This document shows, piece by piece, positions 27,553 through 37,884 of a stretch of 52,138 nucleotides of DNA. Position 1 is the stretch's first letter. The number at the start of each line of letters is the position of its first letter. The stretch lies in NCBI GenBank assembly GCA_022566015.1, contig JADFJT010000003.1:1-52138 (forward strand), in the 5' to 3' direction. The DNA comes from Pseudomonadota bacterium (lineage in GTDB: Bacteria > Pseudomonadota > Gammaproteobacteria > GCA-001735895). The translations under genes and the position numbers were made by a program. Below the pieces are notes generated by a model. That model did not search any database, had not been told where the DNA came from, and saw only the letters and a list, made by a program, of their open reading frames with translations.

Positions 27553-27885
27553 ATGAATGAAGAACGACTATCCATTTTGCTTAAAGCCGTTAGTGACAGT
27601 ACGCGCAGATCATTGCTGACTTTGCTTTGCCAGCAAGGCAAAACCAGGGTGACCGACTTGGCGCGGGTTTATGACCTGTCGCTTAACGCGGTTTCCAAAC
27701 ACATCAAAGTGTTGGAAAAGGCGGGGTTGGTACAGCGCGAAACAATCGGCAGAACCCACTGGATAGCGGCCGATTTAACCCAAACCAGCGCGATAGAGGA
27801 CTGGTTCGGGTCATTAAAATCTATCTGGGAACTTCGCCTCGATAGCCTTGATAAATTGATCAATAAAGGAGATAAAAATGACTGA
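27553..27885 (+). CDS. ArsR/SmtB-family transcriptional regulator
   Basis: AVSDSTRR.LL, V.DLA....SLNAVSKHIKVLEKAGLV, W..RLD.L; start at MNEERL. Confidence 0.85.
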   Translation: MNEERLSILLKAVSDSTRRSLLTLLCQQGKTRVTDLARVYDLSLNAVSKHIKVLEKAGLVQRETIGRTHWIAADLTQTSAIEDWFGSLKSIWELRLDSLDKLINKGDKND

Positions 27886-28303
27886 TTTAAGTTGCAATGT
27901 AAGCAAATTAATTAATGCCCCAATCGAAAAGGTTTTCGACGCGTGGCTCGATCCGGAGCTACTATCGCAATTCATGTTGCCGATGCCCGGAATGCCGCAG
28001 CCTAAAACCGAAATCGATGCGCGCCAGGGTGGGCGGTTTACGATTATGATGGATGTTGGTGAAGAAGTAATTCCGCATTCCGGTACCTACCTTGAAATCG
28101 AGCGCCCCAATCGCCTGGTATTCTCCTGGGAGTCGCCTTTTTCTACCGATGGCAGTACCGTGACGTTAGTTTTTACCTCGGAAGGGGCGGACAATACTCG
28201 GGTTGAATTGACTCATATCAAGTTTCCAGATGAAGAATCATGTAATAATCATAAAGCGGGCTGGGGTAATATTTTTGATGCGCAAAATAAAATTTATAGC
28301 TAA
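27878..28303 (+). CDS. SRPBCC/AHSA1-like ligand-binding protein
   Basis: APIEKVFDAW.DPE, D.RQGGRF, G.YLEIERP.RLVFSW, H..GW. Confidence 0.85.
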   Translation: MTDLSCNVSKLINAPIEKVFDAWLDPELLSQFMLPMPGMPQPKTEIDARQGGRFTIMMDVGEEVIPHSGTYLEIERPNRLVFSWESPFSTDGSTVTLVFTSEGADNTRVELTHIKFPDEESCNNHKAGWGNIFDAQNKIYS

Positions 28304-28452
28304 TCGGGATGGCGAAACGCCTGGGTTAGAGTAGCTAAGGAATAGATATTCGAAGGCCCTATAGTTGACAGGACATTGTCCGACCTGCTTGATGGTCGAT
28401 CCCAGTTCATCGTAGTTCTTTCCACGTATTGACCCGACTGGACAAATAAACC

Positions 28453-28758
28453 TCATTCGAACGCGCGGTAAGATCCGACCATTTCTACCACTGACGGTTG
28501 CGGTGGCTCATCGCAGCGGGCTGCGATGTCCTTAACGAATGCCTGAAATTCAGGCAGCGATGCTAATGGATTTTCACCATCGGCGGTTTCGATAGACGCG
28601 ATATGAACGAAACTAACGCCGTCTTCGAGTACGAATGAGGCATAACGTAGGCCCTCAGGGCTGGTCCGCTTTAATGCCTCGAATATCTGGTTTATATAGT
28701 TGATATTCTCCTGTGCATTTTCCTGCTTTACGCGGTGTTTAACGATTACCCTGGACAT
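28453..28758 (-). CDS. Conserved hypothetical protein (dimeric alpha/beta-barrel-like)
   Basis: GLRYASF.LEDG.SFVH, NPL..LPEFQAF, VGSY; GAGGGA RBS. Confidence 0.6.
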   Translation of the reverse strand: MSRVIVKHRVKQENAQENINYINQIFEALKRTSPEGLRYASFVLEDGVSFVHIASIETADGENPLASLPEFQAFVKDIAARCDEPPQPSVVEMVGSYRAFE

Positions 28759-28871
28759 AAAAAAATCCCTCTTGCGGTTGGGTTGACAAAACTAACACAT
28801 CCTTCTGTCTTCCGCATTAATGGTACATAGGTATTCCGGTAGAATTTGCCCAGAACCAGGCGAACCTAAAC

Positions 28872-29297
28872 TTAGCCAGGCGCCGGATTGCCAGTGCTCC
28901 ATCTTTTGAAACGCTTTTTGCAATAGGTGAGCAGGGTGGGATAGTCGGGGAAATAAAGTTCGAAGCCATCCTCGGCCGGGGCATCGTACTCGCAAAACTC
29001 GTTGTCGTGGGTCCGGCAAATAATGGGCCGGTCCTGGTAGATATTACATCTCCCATCTGGATTGAGGTGAGCGCAGACTGCATCAAACATCACGAACCAG
29101 CCATCCTCGTCCTTATAAACCCCAACACCCTCATGTGATACCTGCCAGAGTAAAATTTCGAAAGCGTATTTTGAACGCGGTGTGTCTATCTGTTGAGTTA
29201 CATAAGTACAACAGGTTGAATTAGTACACAAGTCACATTTGCTCAAGATCCTGGGCTTATTAACAGTTTCTATTTCGGGGAAAACGCTAGAATTCAT
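28872..29297 (-). CDS. YkgJ-family cysteine-cluster (Zn/Fe-chelating) protein
   Basis: C..C...CC, C.HL...GRC.IYQDRP.ICR, FCE. Confidence 0.8.
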   Translation of the reverse strand: MNSSVFPEIETVNKPRILSKCDLCTNSTCCTYVTQQIDTPRSKYAFEILLWQVSHEGVGVYKDEDGWFVMFDAVCAHLNPDGRCNIYQDRPIICRTHDNEFCEYDAPAEDGFELYFPDYPTLLTYCKKRFKRWSTGNPAPG

Positions 29298-29299
29298 TT

Positions 29300-30205
29300 C
29301 TAAATCCAGTCTCTGGGCTTAAGAAAATAGTCGGTCAGGCGTGCCTCCGCGCTGCCAGCTTCGGGTTGGTAATTGTATTGCCAGTTAACCACCGGTGGTA
29401 ACGACATCAGAATCGATTCGGTACGACCGCCCGATTGCAGTCCGAATAATGTGCCCCGATCGTAAACCAGGTTAAATTCGACATAGCGGCCACGCCGATA
29501 CCACTGGAATTTCTTTTCTCGCTCACCATATTCGGTATTTCTACGTTTTTCCACGATTGGCAGGTAGGCCGGTAAATAGTGATCGCCAACGCTACGCATA
29601 AAGGCAAACGCCTGCTCAAAGTCAGGTTGATTAAGATCGTCAAAAAACAGGCCGCCAATACCGCGTGCCTCATTTCGGTGTTTGAGATAAAAATAATCAT
29701 CGCACCACTGTTTGTGTTCTGAATAGCGCCCCGGGCCGAAGGCTTCGCAAGCCTGACTGGCGATACGATGCCAGTGTATACAGTCTTCTTCGTAGCCGTA
29801 GTAGGGGGTTAGATCGAAGCCGCCGCCAAACCACCAGACAGCTGGTTCGCCCGGTTTCTCTGCGATTAAAAATCGAACGTTAGCATGCGAGGTAGGTACG
29901 TATGGATTATCCGGATGCATCACCAGCGATACACCCATCGCGTGAAAAGTGCGTCCGGCCAGCTCGGGTCGATGAGCAGTCGCCGATGCGGGCAGGCTGT
30001 CACCGCTGACTTCTGAAAAATTAACCCCTGCCTGTTCAAAAATATCCCCACCGCTGAGCACCATGGTTTTGCCACCACCGCCACCGTCACGAATCCAGTC
30101 ATCGTGGATAAAAATCGCTCGACCATCCAGGGCTTGAATGCTACCGGTAATCGCCTGCTGTAACTGTAGGAGATAGTTTCTCACCTGGTCGATTTCATGA
30201 TTCAT
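29300..30205 (-). CDS. hemF: Oxygen-dependent coproporphyrinogen III oxidase
   Basis: [67 protein letters not shown]. Confidence 0.97.
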   Translation of the reverse strand: MNHEIDQVRNYLLQLQQAITGSIQALDGRAIFIHDDWIRDGGGGGKTMVLSGGDIFEQAGVNFSEVSGDSLPASATAHRPELAGRTFHAMGVSLVMHPDNPYVPTSHANVRFLIAEKPGEPAVWWFGGGFDLTPYYGYEEDCIHWHRIASQACEAFGPGRYSEHKQWCDDYFYLKHRNEARGIGGLFFDDLNQPDFEQAFAFMRSVGDHYLPAYLPIVEKRRNTEYGEREKKFQWYRRGRYVEFNLVYDRGTLFGLQSGGRTESILMSLPPVVNWQYNYQPEAGSAEARLTDYFLKPRDWI

Positions 30206-30769
30206 CTAATGGCGTGCTCTAAAGATTTGGCCGCTTTCCAGTGATTTTATCTCACTGGCTCGCATTGTGCCGGAATCGTAACCGCAGACAATAGAATCGA
30301 CTTGATCGATGAATTTTCGACGCGCTTGCCAGCTATTGCGTACCGGGGCACAGCCAGCCCTGTTGGCACTGGTGGAGACGATGGGTGACTGAATTTGCTG
30401 GCAAATCGTTGATACGAAGGGATGGCTGGTGACGCGGATGGCGACGTATGAAGAGTGACCTCGAATCCAGTCTGGGCAGTGGGTACTCGCGGGAATAAGC
30501 CAGGTGATGGGATGCCCAGTCTTCTGGGTCAGGCGGTTGGTCTGTTCGGCGCTTAATTGATCACTGATATAGGGTGCGAAATAATCCAGGTTCGAACAAA
30601 GCAGAATCAGGCCTTTCTCTACTGGCCTTTGTTTAATAGAGAGAATTCTGCTGACACTGTGAGCCAGCTGTGGGTGGCAACCCAATCCCCAGATGGTATC
30701 GGTAGGGTAGACGATTACCGCTCCTTGCAGGATTGCGTTGCCCAGTCGCTTGATGGCCCAGGGAAACAA
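30206..30769 (-). CDS. tsaC: L-threonylcarbamoyladenylate synthase (YrdC/Sua5)
   Basis: YPTDTIWGLGC, K.RP..KGLIL, STSAN. Confidence 0.9.
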   Translation of the reverse strand: MFPWAIKRLGNAILQGAVIVYPTDTIWGLGCHPQLAHSVSRILSIKQRPVEKGLILLCSNLDYFAPYISDQLSAEQTNRLTQKTGHPITWLIPASTHCPDWIRGHSSYVAIRVTSHPFVSTICQQIQSPIVSTSANRAGCAPVRNSWQARRKFIDQVDSIVCGYDSGTMRASEIKSLESGQIFRARH

Positions 30770-30789
30770 TTCAGGAAATCTCTTCGGGG

Positions 30790-33216
30790 TTAGTTCTCTG
30801 CGCTCGCAGCTATTTTTTTGCTGCCTTCCTTTATCGCAGATATTGTTTTTGCTGACTTCTTTTTGCTACTGGTTTTTTTCTTCGCCACCGCTTTTTTCTT
30901 GCTGGTTTTCTTGCGCCGAGACTTGGGAAATGGCGCTTTTTCGATCAGATTCTGGCATAGCTCCAGACTCAGGGTTTCCGGGTCTTCAATTTCTTTGGGA
31001 ATGCGCGCATTTTTAATACCATCGGTGATATACGGGCCGTAGCGCCCGCGTAAAACCTTAATATCGGTGCCTTCGAATACCTTTATTTCACGGTTGGCGT
31101 CGAATTCCTTCTTTTCTGCGACCAATTCCAATGCTCGCTCCAGTGTCACGGTAAAGGGATCGTCGCCCTCTTTTACTTTGAGTGAAACGAAATTACTGTC
31201 GTATTTTATGTAGGGCCCAAATCTACCGATGTTTGCTGAGATCGCTTCCCCTTCCGGGGAGACACCCAGATCGCGGGGCAATTTGAACAGCTCCAGAGCT
31301 TCTTCGAGCGTGATGCTATCCATCTTCTGCCCTGGCAGTAAACCAGCAAATTTTGGTTTATCTTCATCCTCGCGGGTTCCAATCTGTACGAAAGGGCCGT
31401 AACGTCCCATACGTACCGATATGGGCTTGCCACTGTTTTCTTCTATCCCGAGCTGGCGAGCCTGAATGGCCTCTTCGCGACTCACCGATTCCATCTTGTC
31501 GTCTACCAGGGCCTTAAAGGTTTTCCAAAAACTGCGCATTAATGGCAGCCAGTCGGCTTCTCCGCGAGATATCTCGTCGAGCGAATCTTCCAGTTGTGCA
31601 GTGAAATCGTAATCGACGTACTGGGTAAAGTGTTGAGTCAGAAAACGAGTGACCACACGGCCAACGTCGGTTGGATGAAATCGCTTGTTTTCCAGTTCCA
31701 CGTATTCGCGATCGAGTAGCGTGGTGATGATCGATGCATAGGTCGAAGGCCGACCGATACCATATTCTTCCAGCGTTTTCACCAGTGTCGCTTCGCTGAA
31801 TCGGGGGGGAGGCTCGGTGAAATGCTGTTCGAGGCGGATTTCCTTTAAATCGACCTGGTCGCCCTGCTTTAGAGGGGGTAGTATATTTTCATTGGTGTCA
31901 TCCTTCTTGTCGTCGTCCAGACCTTCGGTATAGACACGCATGAAACCGGGATCGCGAATGGTTGATCCGTTGGCCCGGAACATATTGTCGTCGCCACAGG
32001 CGAGTTCGACCGTAACAGTGTCTAGTGTTGCGTGGAGCATCTGGCAGGCGATGGTGCGTTTCCAAATCAGGCTATACAGGCGATACTCGTCGTCCGCGAG
32101 GTGTGCCTTGAGCGTTTCCGGCTCATTCATCGCGCTGGTAGGTCGAATCGCTTCGTGCGCTTCCTGCGCATTCTTGGTTTTGGTTTTGTATAAGTGCGGT
32201 TCTGGCGGTAAGGCGATAGTACCGTATTTCTGGGTTATCAGGGATCTGATATCGTTTAGCGCATTGTTCGACAATGTAACCGAATCGGTACGCATATAGG
32301 AAATCAATCCTTCCTGACCGGCACCTATGTCGATACCCTCGTATAGACGTTGCGCGGTACGCATAGTTTTTTGCGCACCGAAGCCGAGTTTGCGCGACGC
32401 TTCCTGCTGCAGGGTCGAGGTGGTAAAAGGTGGTGTCGGGTGCCGCTTGCGCTCCTTTTTTTCAACCGTGACAACTTTGAGTTTGCCCTGAGCTGCCTCG
32501 CTTAATACTTGGTGCGCCTGCCGCGCTTCACTGTCGCTGGTAATGCTGAATTGTTTTATTTTTACCTGTTTCAGTAAGGTGAGTTTTGCACTGAATGGTT
32601 GGGTTTCAAATTCATTGTCAGATTCGATGGTCCAGTATTCCTGCGCAGTGAATGCCTCGATTTCGAATTCACGCTCGACAATCATTCGTAACGCTGGGCT
32701 TTGTACCCGGCCAGCGGACAGGCCACGACGTATTTTGCGCCACAACAGCGGAGACAAATTAAAACCAACCAGGTAATCGAGCGCTCGCCGAGCCTGTTGG
32801 GCGTTGACCAAATTCATCGTAATTTCCCGCGGATTGGCCATCGCTTCGGTCACTGCCTGCTGGGTAATTTCATGAAAAGCGACCCGAAAGGCGCGTTTGT
32901 TTTTCATTAGATTATCTTCTTTCAGCAACTCGTAAAGATGCCACGATATCGCCTCGCCTTCCCGATCCGGGTCGGTGGCCAGGTAGAGAGAATCGGCTTT
33001 TCGCAATTCTTTCTTAATCGTATTGATGTGCTTTTCATTGCGTTCGACAACGGTGTAATTCATTTTGAAGTCGTTGTCAGTTTCGACCGCACCTTCCTTC
33101 GGAATCAGGTCGCGCACGTGCCCATAGGAGGCTAATACCTTGAAATCAGCACCGAGATATTTCTCGATGGTTTTTGCCTTGGCAGGGGATTCTACGATGA
33201 CGAGATGACTGGCCAT
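30790..33216 (-). CDS. topA: DNA topoisomerase I
   Basis: LVIVESPAKAKTI, DPDREGEAI, SAGRVQS, catalytic YMRTDS, GIGRPSTYA; C-terminal GR(Y/F)GP repeats and Lys-rich tail. Confidence 0.97.
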   Translation of the reverse strand: MASHLVIVESPAKAKTIEKYLGADFKVLASYGHVRDLIPKEGAVETDNDFKMNYTVVERNEKHINTIKKELRKADSLYLATDPDREGEAISWHLYELLKEDNLMKNKRAFRVAFHEITQQAVTEAMANPREITMNLVNAQQARRALDYLVGFNLSPLLWRKIRRGLSAGRVQSPALRMIVEREFEIEAFTAQEYWTIESDNEFETQPFSAKLTLLKQVKIKQFSITSDSEARQAHQVLSEAAQGKLKVVTVEKKERKRHPTPPFTTSTLQQEASRKLGFGAQKTMRTAQRLYEGIDIGAGQEGLISYMRTDSVTLSNNALNDIRSLITQKYGTIALPPEPHLYKTKTKNAQEAHEAIRPTSAMNEPETLKAHLADDEYRLYSLIWKRTIACQMLHATLDTVTVELACGDDNMFRANGSTIRDPGFMRVYTEGLDDDKKDDTNENILPPLKQGDQVDLKEIRLEQHFTEPPPRFSEATLVKTLEEYGIGRPSTYASIITTLLDREYVELENKRFHPTDVGRVVTRFLTQHFTQYVDYDFTAQLEDSLDEISRGEADWLPLMRSFWKTFKALVDDKMESVSREEAIQARQLGIEENSGKPISVRMGRYGPFVQIGTREDEDKPKFAGLLPGQKMDSITLEEALELFKLPRDLGVSPEGEAISANIGRFGPYIKYDSNFVSLKVKEGDDPFTVTLERALELVAEKKEFDANREIKVFEGTDIKVLRGRYGPYITDGIKNARIPKEIEDPETLSLELCQNLIEKAPFPKSRRKKTSKKKAVAKKKTSSKKKSAKTISAIKEGSKKIAASAEN

Positions 33217-33272
33217 AAGGCTTAACGGTTTAAAATTTTAGCTATTATTAAATAGGGGGTAGTTAACAATCA

Positions 33273-33755
33273 TCAATGAAATAAAGCGGGCTGGTCTGCA
33301 AAAACGATATCCTCGTAATGCATTAGCGTACTTTCATCGTGATCTTCGGAACTGTTGAACAATACCATCATGACCACCCATTTGAGTTCTTCTAAATCTA
33401 CTTCTGAGTCAGCATCGAGCGCCATTACACGGTTGATCACCAGTTCGCGCAGTTTAGGCGTCAGTACACCCGATTGTTCGAGAAACAACAAAAAGCCCTG
33501 TGAATTCTGCGGCAGGCGCAGTAATTCTTCCGGGGATAAAATTCGCGTCGAATGAGAAGACTGCGTCACCGACGGTATATCGTCAGCCTGTGCGAGGTCG
33601 TCCAGCCAGTCGAAAGCCTTTTCTATTTCGGTCGAATCGAATCCAGCGGCACTGAGGTCTGCTTCGATGCCATCTCGGTCGTCAGGCAGGTTATCATCCC
33701 GGTCGGCATAGCTGGAAAATATGTACATCAGAACGTCTATTACGCCTTCTTTCAT
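33273..33755 (-). CDS. smg: Smg / DUF494 protein
   Basis: DVLMYIF, AGF...EIEKAFDWL, GFLLFLEQ, RELVINR, LKWVVMMVLFN; start at MKEG (33755). Confidence 0.9.
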   Translation of the reverse strand: MKEGVIDVLMYIFSSYADRDDNLPDDRDGIEADLSAAGFDSTEIEKAFDWLDDLAQADDIPSVTQSSHSTRILSPEELLRLPQNSQGFLLFLEQSGVLTPKLRELVINRVMALDADSEVDLEELKWVVMMVLFNSSEDHDESTLMHYEDIVFADQPALFH

Positions 33756-33765
33756 GGATACCTCG

Positions 33766-34866
33766 TTAAATCCTGACGTAACAGCCGCCAGGTGCCGGTT
33801 CAATTAGATCGTTAAGCTCTAGTATTAATAGCATGGATGAAAGCTTGTCGATGGTCAAGCCACTACGTCCAACCAGCACATCGGTGGATACTGGATCGTA
33901 GCCGACTGCTTCGAGTAATTCTAGTGAATCGGAATCGAGCTGTTTCTTTGTGGTCCTGGCAGTGGATGGGGCCTGTTCAGCTAAATAGCCCAGTAGACTA
34001 CCCAGTTCCTCGACGATATCAGACGCCTGATCGACCAGCCTGGCGCCGTCCTGGATTAACCGGTGGCAACCGCGCGCCTGTGGATTGTGGATCGACCCAG
34101 GAATGGCGAACACTTCACGTCCCTGTTCTGCTGCCTGACGCGCGGTGATGAGCGAACCACTGCGACGAGTCGCCTCTACTATTAGTGTTGCGACACTGAG
34201 CCCACTGATGACGCGATTACGCCGGGGGAAATTGTCACTAATAGGACCAGTGCCTAGCGGGAATTCACTGACCAGTAAACCGTTTTCGTGAATATCATAG
34301 GCCAGTTGCTTATTTTCCGACGGGTATATTCGATCGAGGCCAGTCCCGGTTACCGCCACGGTATTACCACCACAGGATAAAGCGCCCAGATGAGCCTGCG
34401 TGTCGATACCACTCGCCATACCGCTGGTAATGGTTAACCCTGCCTTAGCCAGCGTAACAGCAAAATCCTTAGCAGTCCTCGCACCGCCCGGCGTGCAATT
34501 GCGACTACCGACAATGGCAATTTGTGGATTTTTCAGTAACTCAATGTTACCGCTGCAATAAAGCAAAGGCGGGTAGTCGGTAATTTCTTTCAGTAGCGGT
34601 GGATAATCATTTTCATCGTAACAAACGATATGATTATCGGGCTGTTCTGCCCAGGCTATTGCCTGTTCGGCAGTAGATCTGTCGGCGTTTAGCACGACAT
34701 CTATCTGTTTGTTACTGAGGCCAGCACCATTGAGATCGCTGCGATTTGCTTCTAAAATCTGATTGAAATCGAGAGAAAATTGCTCGCCCAGGGCTATTAG
34801 AGAGACCCGTCCAATTCCGAAACAATGATAAAGCGTAAGAAAACTGGCAAGTTGATCCTTTTGCAT
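33766..34866 (-). CDS. dprA: DNA processing protein DprA
   Basis: AIVGSR, SGMASGID, NFPRRNR, SGSLITA, GREVFAIPGSI. Confidence 0.95.
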   Translation of the reverse strand: MQKDQLASFLTLYHCFGIGRVSLIALGEQFSLDFNQILEANRSDLNGAGLSNKQIDVVLNADRSTAEQAIAWAEQPDNHIVCYDENDYPPLLKEITDYPPLLYCSGNIELLKNPQIAIVGSRNCTPGGARTAKDFAVTLAKAGLTITSGMASGIDTQAHLGALSCGGNTVAVTGTGLDRIYPSENKQLAYDIHENGLLVSEFPLGTGPISDNFPRRNRVISGLSVATLIVEATRRSGSLITARQAAEQGREVFAIPGSIHNPQARGCHRLIQDGARLVDQASDIVEELGSLLGYLAEQAPSTARTTKKQLDSDSLELLEAVGYDPVSTDVLVGRSGLTIDKLSSMLLILELNDLIEPAPGGCYVRI

Positions 34867-34956
34867 GCTGATTCCATTGGAGCCAATATTATTGAGGTCA
34901 ATATCATAGCATTAGAGTTACGCTAGCGCTAAAAACGCGGCCTCGACTATATATAG

Positions 34957-34989
34957 TGTGGGGTCGAATGACCTGGACCCCACAGGTCA
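34957..34989. repeat. REP-like palindrome with alternative pairings
   Basis: TGTGGGGTC(34957-65)/GACCCCACA(34976-84), overlapping TGACCTG(34969-75)/CAGGTCA(34983-89). Confidence 0.4.
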
Positions 34990-35024
34990 AATCTTTAGAC
35001 TCGATTGGGGTGACAGCCCGAATT

Positions 35025-36239
35025 TCAGGGTGATTCGATGGAATCTCGAACGCTGATTGGACGACTGGCTTCCATGACCAAAGCGTAGCTCATCTTTTCG
35101 AATGCACGGATAATCATCACAATTCCAATGCGCTCGTCGGGCAATTTAACGCGAAAAGTGGGGTCTTCTTCATTGGTATCGGGGATTACATCTCCTATGC
35201 GTTTAACGTCGAGCAAATTACCTGCTTCGACCCCATTTCTTGTGCCCAGGTTAATTGCCAGGGTTTGATACTGGCCGATCTGAGCAATTGCATCCAGCAA
35301 AGATACGACTTCGCCGCGCACATATTTAACAGGTGGCCTGGGAAAGAAATCACGGTCAAAGCTGATATTATCGATTGGCAATACCCGGTCATTGCGTAAG
35401 ATTTCGCGAACTGAATCGGTCACCAGCACCGTTGCAGGATCGCCACGCAATAATAGCTTTGATTCGCCAACGTATAATGCCTGGTAGCCAAGCAGTTCGT
35501 TGGAGCCTGGATCGAAAATAGGCTTGTCGGGTCTGAAAATTTGATATCGCCCGGTGCCGGACGAAGTATCGAGTTTTCGCACGTAGAGCTTATCGTTAAT
35601 ACTATTGATCAAGTGATCGTCGAGGCTGGAAATAATATAAGCGGCCCTGCTGAGCTCTTCCTTGTCGATGACCTGTGGTCGGGCCAGCATATGACGTATC
35701 GATTCGATCGGAATTGAAGGTATGGTGGCATCGATATTTTGCAACCGGATCCGCGGCACGAGCTTAACCACTGTCAGACCCGAGATACCGGTAGTCGATA
35801 GTACTTTGCCAGATAGTACTTTGCCAGGTAGCACTTTGCCATCGACTCCGCGTCGCACCAGCTGTATACGTTTTTGACCGTCGATGTAGATAATTGCCAG
35901 TACATCACCCGGATAAATCAGGTGCGGGTTTTCGATTTGCGGGTTTTTGAACCAGATTTCGGGCCAGTGCCAGGGGTCGCGTAAAAATTTGGAGGAAATA
36001 TCCCACAGGGTGTCGCCTTTTCGTACAATGTAGGTATCGGGATATTCCGCTTCGTATATTACAATATCATCGGGTTTAGATTCAGGAATTACGGCTTCTA
36101 CAGTATTAGTCTGAGTTACCTGACTGATTTCTTCTACGACCGAAAACGGCTCAATGGGACTGGCACATGCGGTTATTAGCAACAGACCGGCGAGCATCGT
36201 CAATCCTTTGCTTAGCTGTATTGTGGTGGTGTTGGACAT
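35025..36239 (-). CDS. LysM peptidoglycan-binding protein (TsaP-like, conserved upstream of dprA)
   Basis: Lipobox-like LITAC; YIVRKGDTLWDIS..FL.DPW.WPEIW..NPQI.NPHLIYPGD; KLPDER.G. Confidence 0.9.
   Translation of the reverse strand: MSNTTTIQLSKGLTMLAGLLLITACASPIEPFSVVEEISQVTQTNTVEAVIPESKPDDIVIYEAEYPDTYIVRKGDTLWDISSKFLRDPWHWPEIWFKNPQIENPHLIYPGDVLAIIYIDGQKRIQLVRRGVDGKVLPGKVLSGKVLSTTGISGLTVVKLVPRIRLQNIDATIPSIPIESIRHMLARPQVIDKEELSRAAYIISSLDDHLINSINDKLYVRKLDTSSGTGRYQIFRPDKPIFDPGSNELLGYQALYVGESKLLLRGDPATVLVTDSVREILRNDRVLPIDNISFDRDFFPRPPVKYVRGEVVSLLDAIAQIGQYQTLAINLGTRNGVEAGNLLDVKRIGDVIPDTNEEDPTFRVKLPDERIGIVMIIRAFEKMSYALVMEASRPISVRDSIESP
35797..35841 (-). repeat. 15-bp x3 coding tandem repeat (GKVLP-GKVLS-GKVLS)
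   Basis: GATAGTACTTTGCCA x2 plus GGTAGCACTTTGCCA. Confidence 0.8.
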
Positions 36240-36376
36240 AAAAACCCCTGTTGTGCGGTATTGATCTATCGATTGTAGCTAAAATTAGCCCGACTACAAC
36301 CTTTTTGATGAGTAAGATACTAATATAATCATTAACTTGGAGCAACTAGTTGTAAACCTTCTTGAAGTTATAAATA

Positions 36377-36886
36377 ATGACTTTATTAAATATTTTGCAT
36401 TTTCCGGATCCGAAGTTACGAACTATCGCCAAACCAGTGACTGATTTTGGTCGCGAATTGAAACAATTGATCGCCAATATGTTTGAAACTATGTATGAAG
36501 CACCTGGAATTGGGCTAGCGGCCACCCAGGTCGACCGACATATTCGTCTGTTGGTAATGGATGTATCGGAAGATCGTAATAAGCCACAGTGCCTGATCAA
36601 TCCAGAATTACTGGAATTGGACGGTGAAGAAGAATCAGAAGAGGGTTGCCTGTCGGTTCCAGGTTTTTACGAAATGGTGAAACGTGCCGAAAATATTCGT
36701 GTTAGGACTCAGGATGAAATGGGCGTACCCAGAGAATTCGATGCCGAAGGGATGGAAGCCGTATGCATCCAGCACGAAATGGATCATTTGGAGGGAAAAT
36801 TGTTTGTAGATTATATATCGTCGCTTAAGCGTGACCGCATTCGTACCAAATTAATCAAAATGAAAAAGAATGACGAATTAGGTTAG
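36377..36886 (+). CDS. def: Peptide deformylase
   Basis: [23 protein letters not shown]. Confidence 0.97.
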   Translation: MTLLNILHFPDPKLRTIAKPVTDFGRELKQLIANMFETMYEAPGIGLAATQVDRHIRLLVMDVSEDRNKPQCLINPELLELDGEEESEEGCLSVPGFYEMVKRAENIRVRTQDEMGVPREFDAEGMEAVCIQHEMDHLEGKLFVDYISSLKRDRIRTKLIKMKKNDELG

Positions 36887-36925
36887 GTCGGCTCATTACC
36901 ACCTCATATAGTTGTTGACTTGTAA

Positions 36926-37870
36926 ATGTTGAAAATAATATATGCTGGTACACCGGAATTTGCGGTTCCGGCGCTTGAAGCGTTGCTGAAATCAGAGCAT
37001 CGGCTTGTCGCGGTTTATACTCAACCCGATCGTCCTGCTGGTCGGGGCCAAAAAATCCAGGCGAGTCCGGTCAAAATCTGCGCACAAACGAATAATATCC
37101 CTGTGCATCAACCCAGCTCGCTAAAAACCCCGGCTGAATTTGAGTGCCTTGAAAACTATCAGGCCGACCTGATCGTAGTAGCGGCTTATGGCCTATTGCT
37201 ACCCTTGCAGGTACTCGAATTACCAAGGCTGGGGTGCATCAATATTCACGCTTCTCTGTTGCCCCGGTGGCGAGGTGCGGCACCGATTCAGCGCGCTATA
37301 CAGGCGGGTGACGAACAAACTGGTATCACTATCATGCAAATGGACGAGGGTCTGGACACTGGCGATATCCTGCTTTCAGAATCGCTGCCGATTGACGCAG
37401 ACTGGAATGCTGCCCAGCTGCACGACCAGCTGAGGCAACTCGGTGTACTTCTACTACTCGAGGCCGTTAACCGGCTTGATTCGGGCCAGCTCGAAGCGAC
37501 TCAGCAAGATCATCACCGCTCAACCTATGCTGCCCGGGTAAGCAAGCAGGAGGCCGAGATTGACTGGCGTAAAGATGCCGATACGCTGCAGCGCGAAATC
37601 AGGGCCTTTGTTCCCTGGCCGGTTAGCTATACGCAGCTGGGAAACACTAATGTCCGAATCTGGCAAGCTCAGGCAAATACCGGTTATTCTCCGAATGCAC
37701 CGGGAGAGATCATCGACCACAATCGCAAGGGAATCATCGTCAGTTGCCGAGAATCAGTGATACAAATCACGCGATTGCAGTTGGCAGGCAAAACTCAAAC
37801 CAGTGCCGCACAGCTGTTAAACTCCCGGAATTTGACTGGTATGCATTTTACCCCTTTAAGCCAGGGATAA
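36926..37870 (+). CDS. fmt: Methionyl-tRNA formyltransferase
   Basis: GTPEFA, TQPDRPAGRG, NIHASLLPRWRGAAPIQ, GLDTG. Confidence 0.97.
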   Translation: MLKIIYAGTPEFAVPALEALLKSEHRLVAVYTQPDRPAGRGQKIQASPVKICAQTNNIPVHQPSSLKTPAEFECLENYQADLIVVAAYGLLLPLQVLELPRLGCINIHASLLPRWRGAAPIQRAIQAGDEQTGITIMQMDEGLDTGDILLSESLPIDADWNAAQLHDQLRQLGVLLLLEAVNRLDSGQLEATQQDHHRSTYAARVSKQEAEIDWRKDADTLQREIRAFVPWPVSYTQLGNTNVRIWQAQANTGYSPNAPGEIIDHNRKGIIVSCRESVIQITRLQLAGKTQTSAAQLLNSRNLTGMHFTPLSQG

Positions 37871-37884
37871 TCAGCGTTTGAAAA

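Noticed and set aside
30790-30920. Lys-rich low-complexity tail of TopA as a novel repeat
   Set aside because: Basic C-terminal tails are a known feature of TopA proteins with Topo_C repeats.
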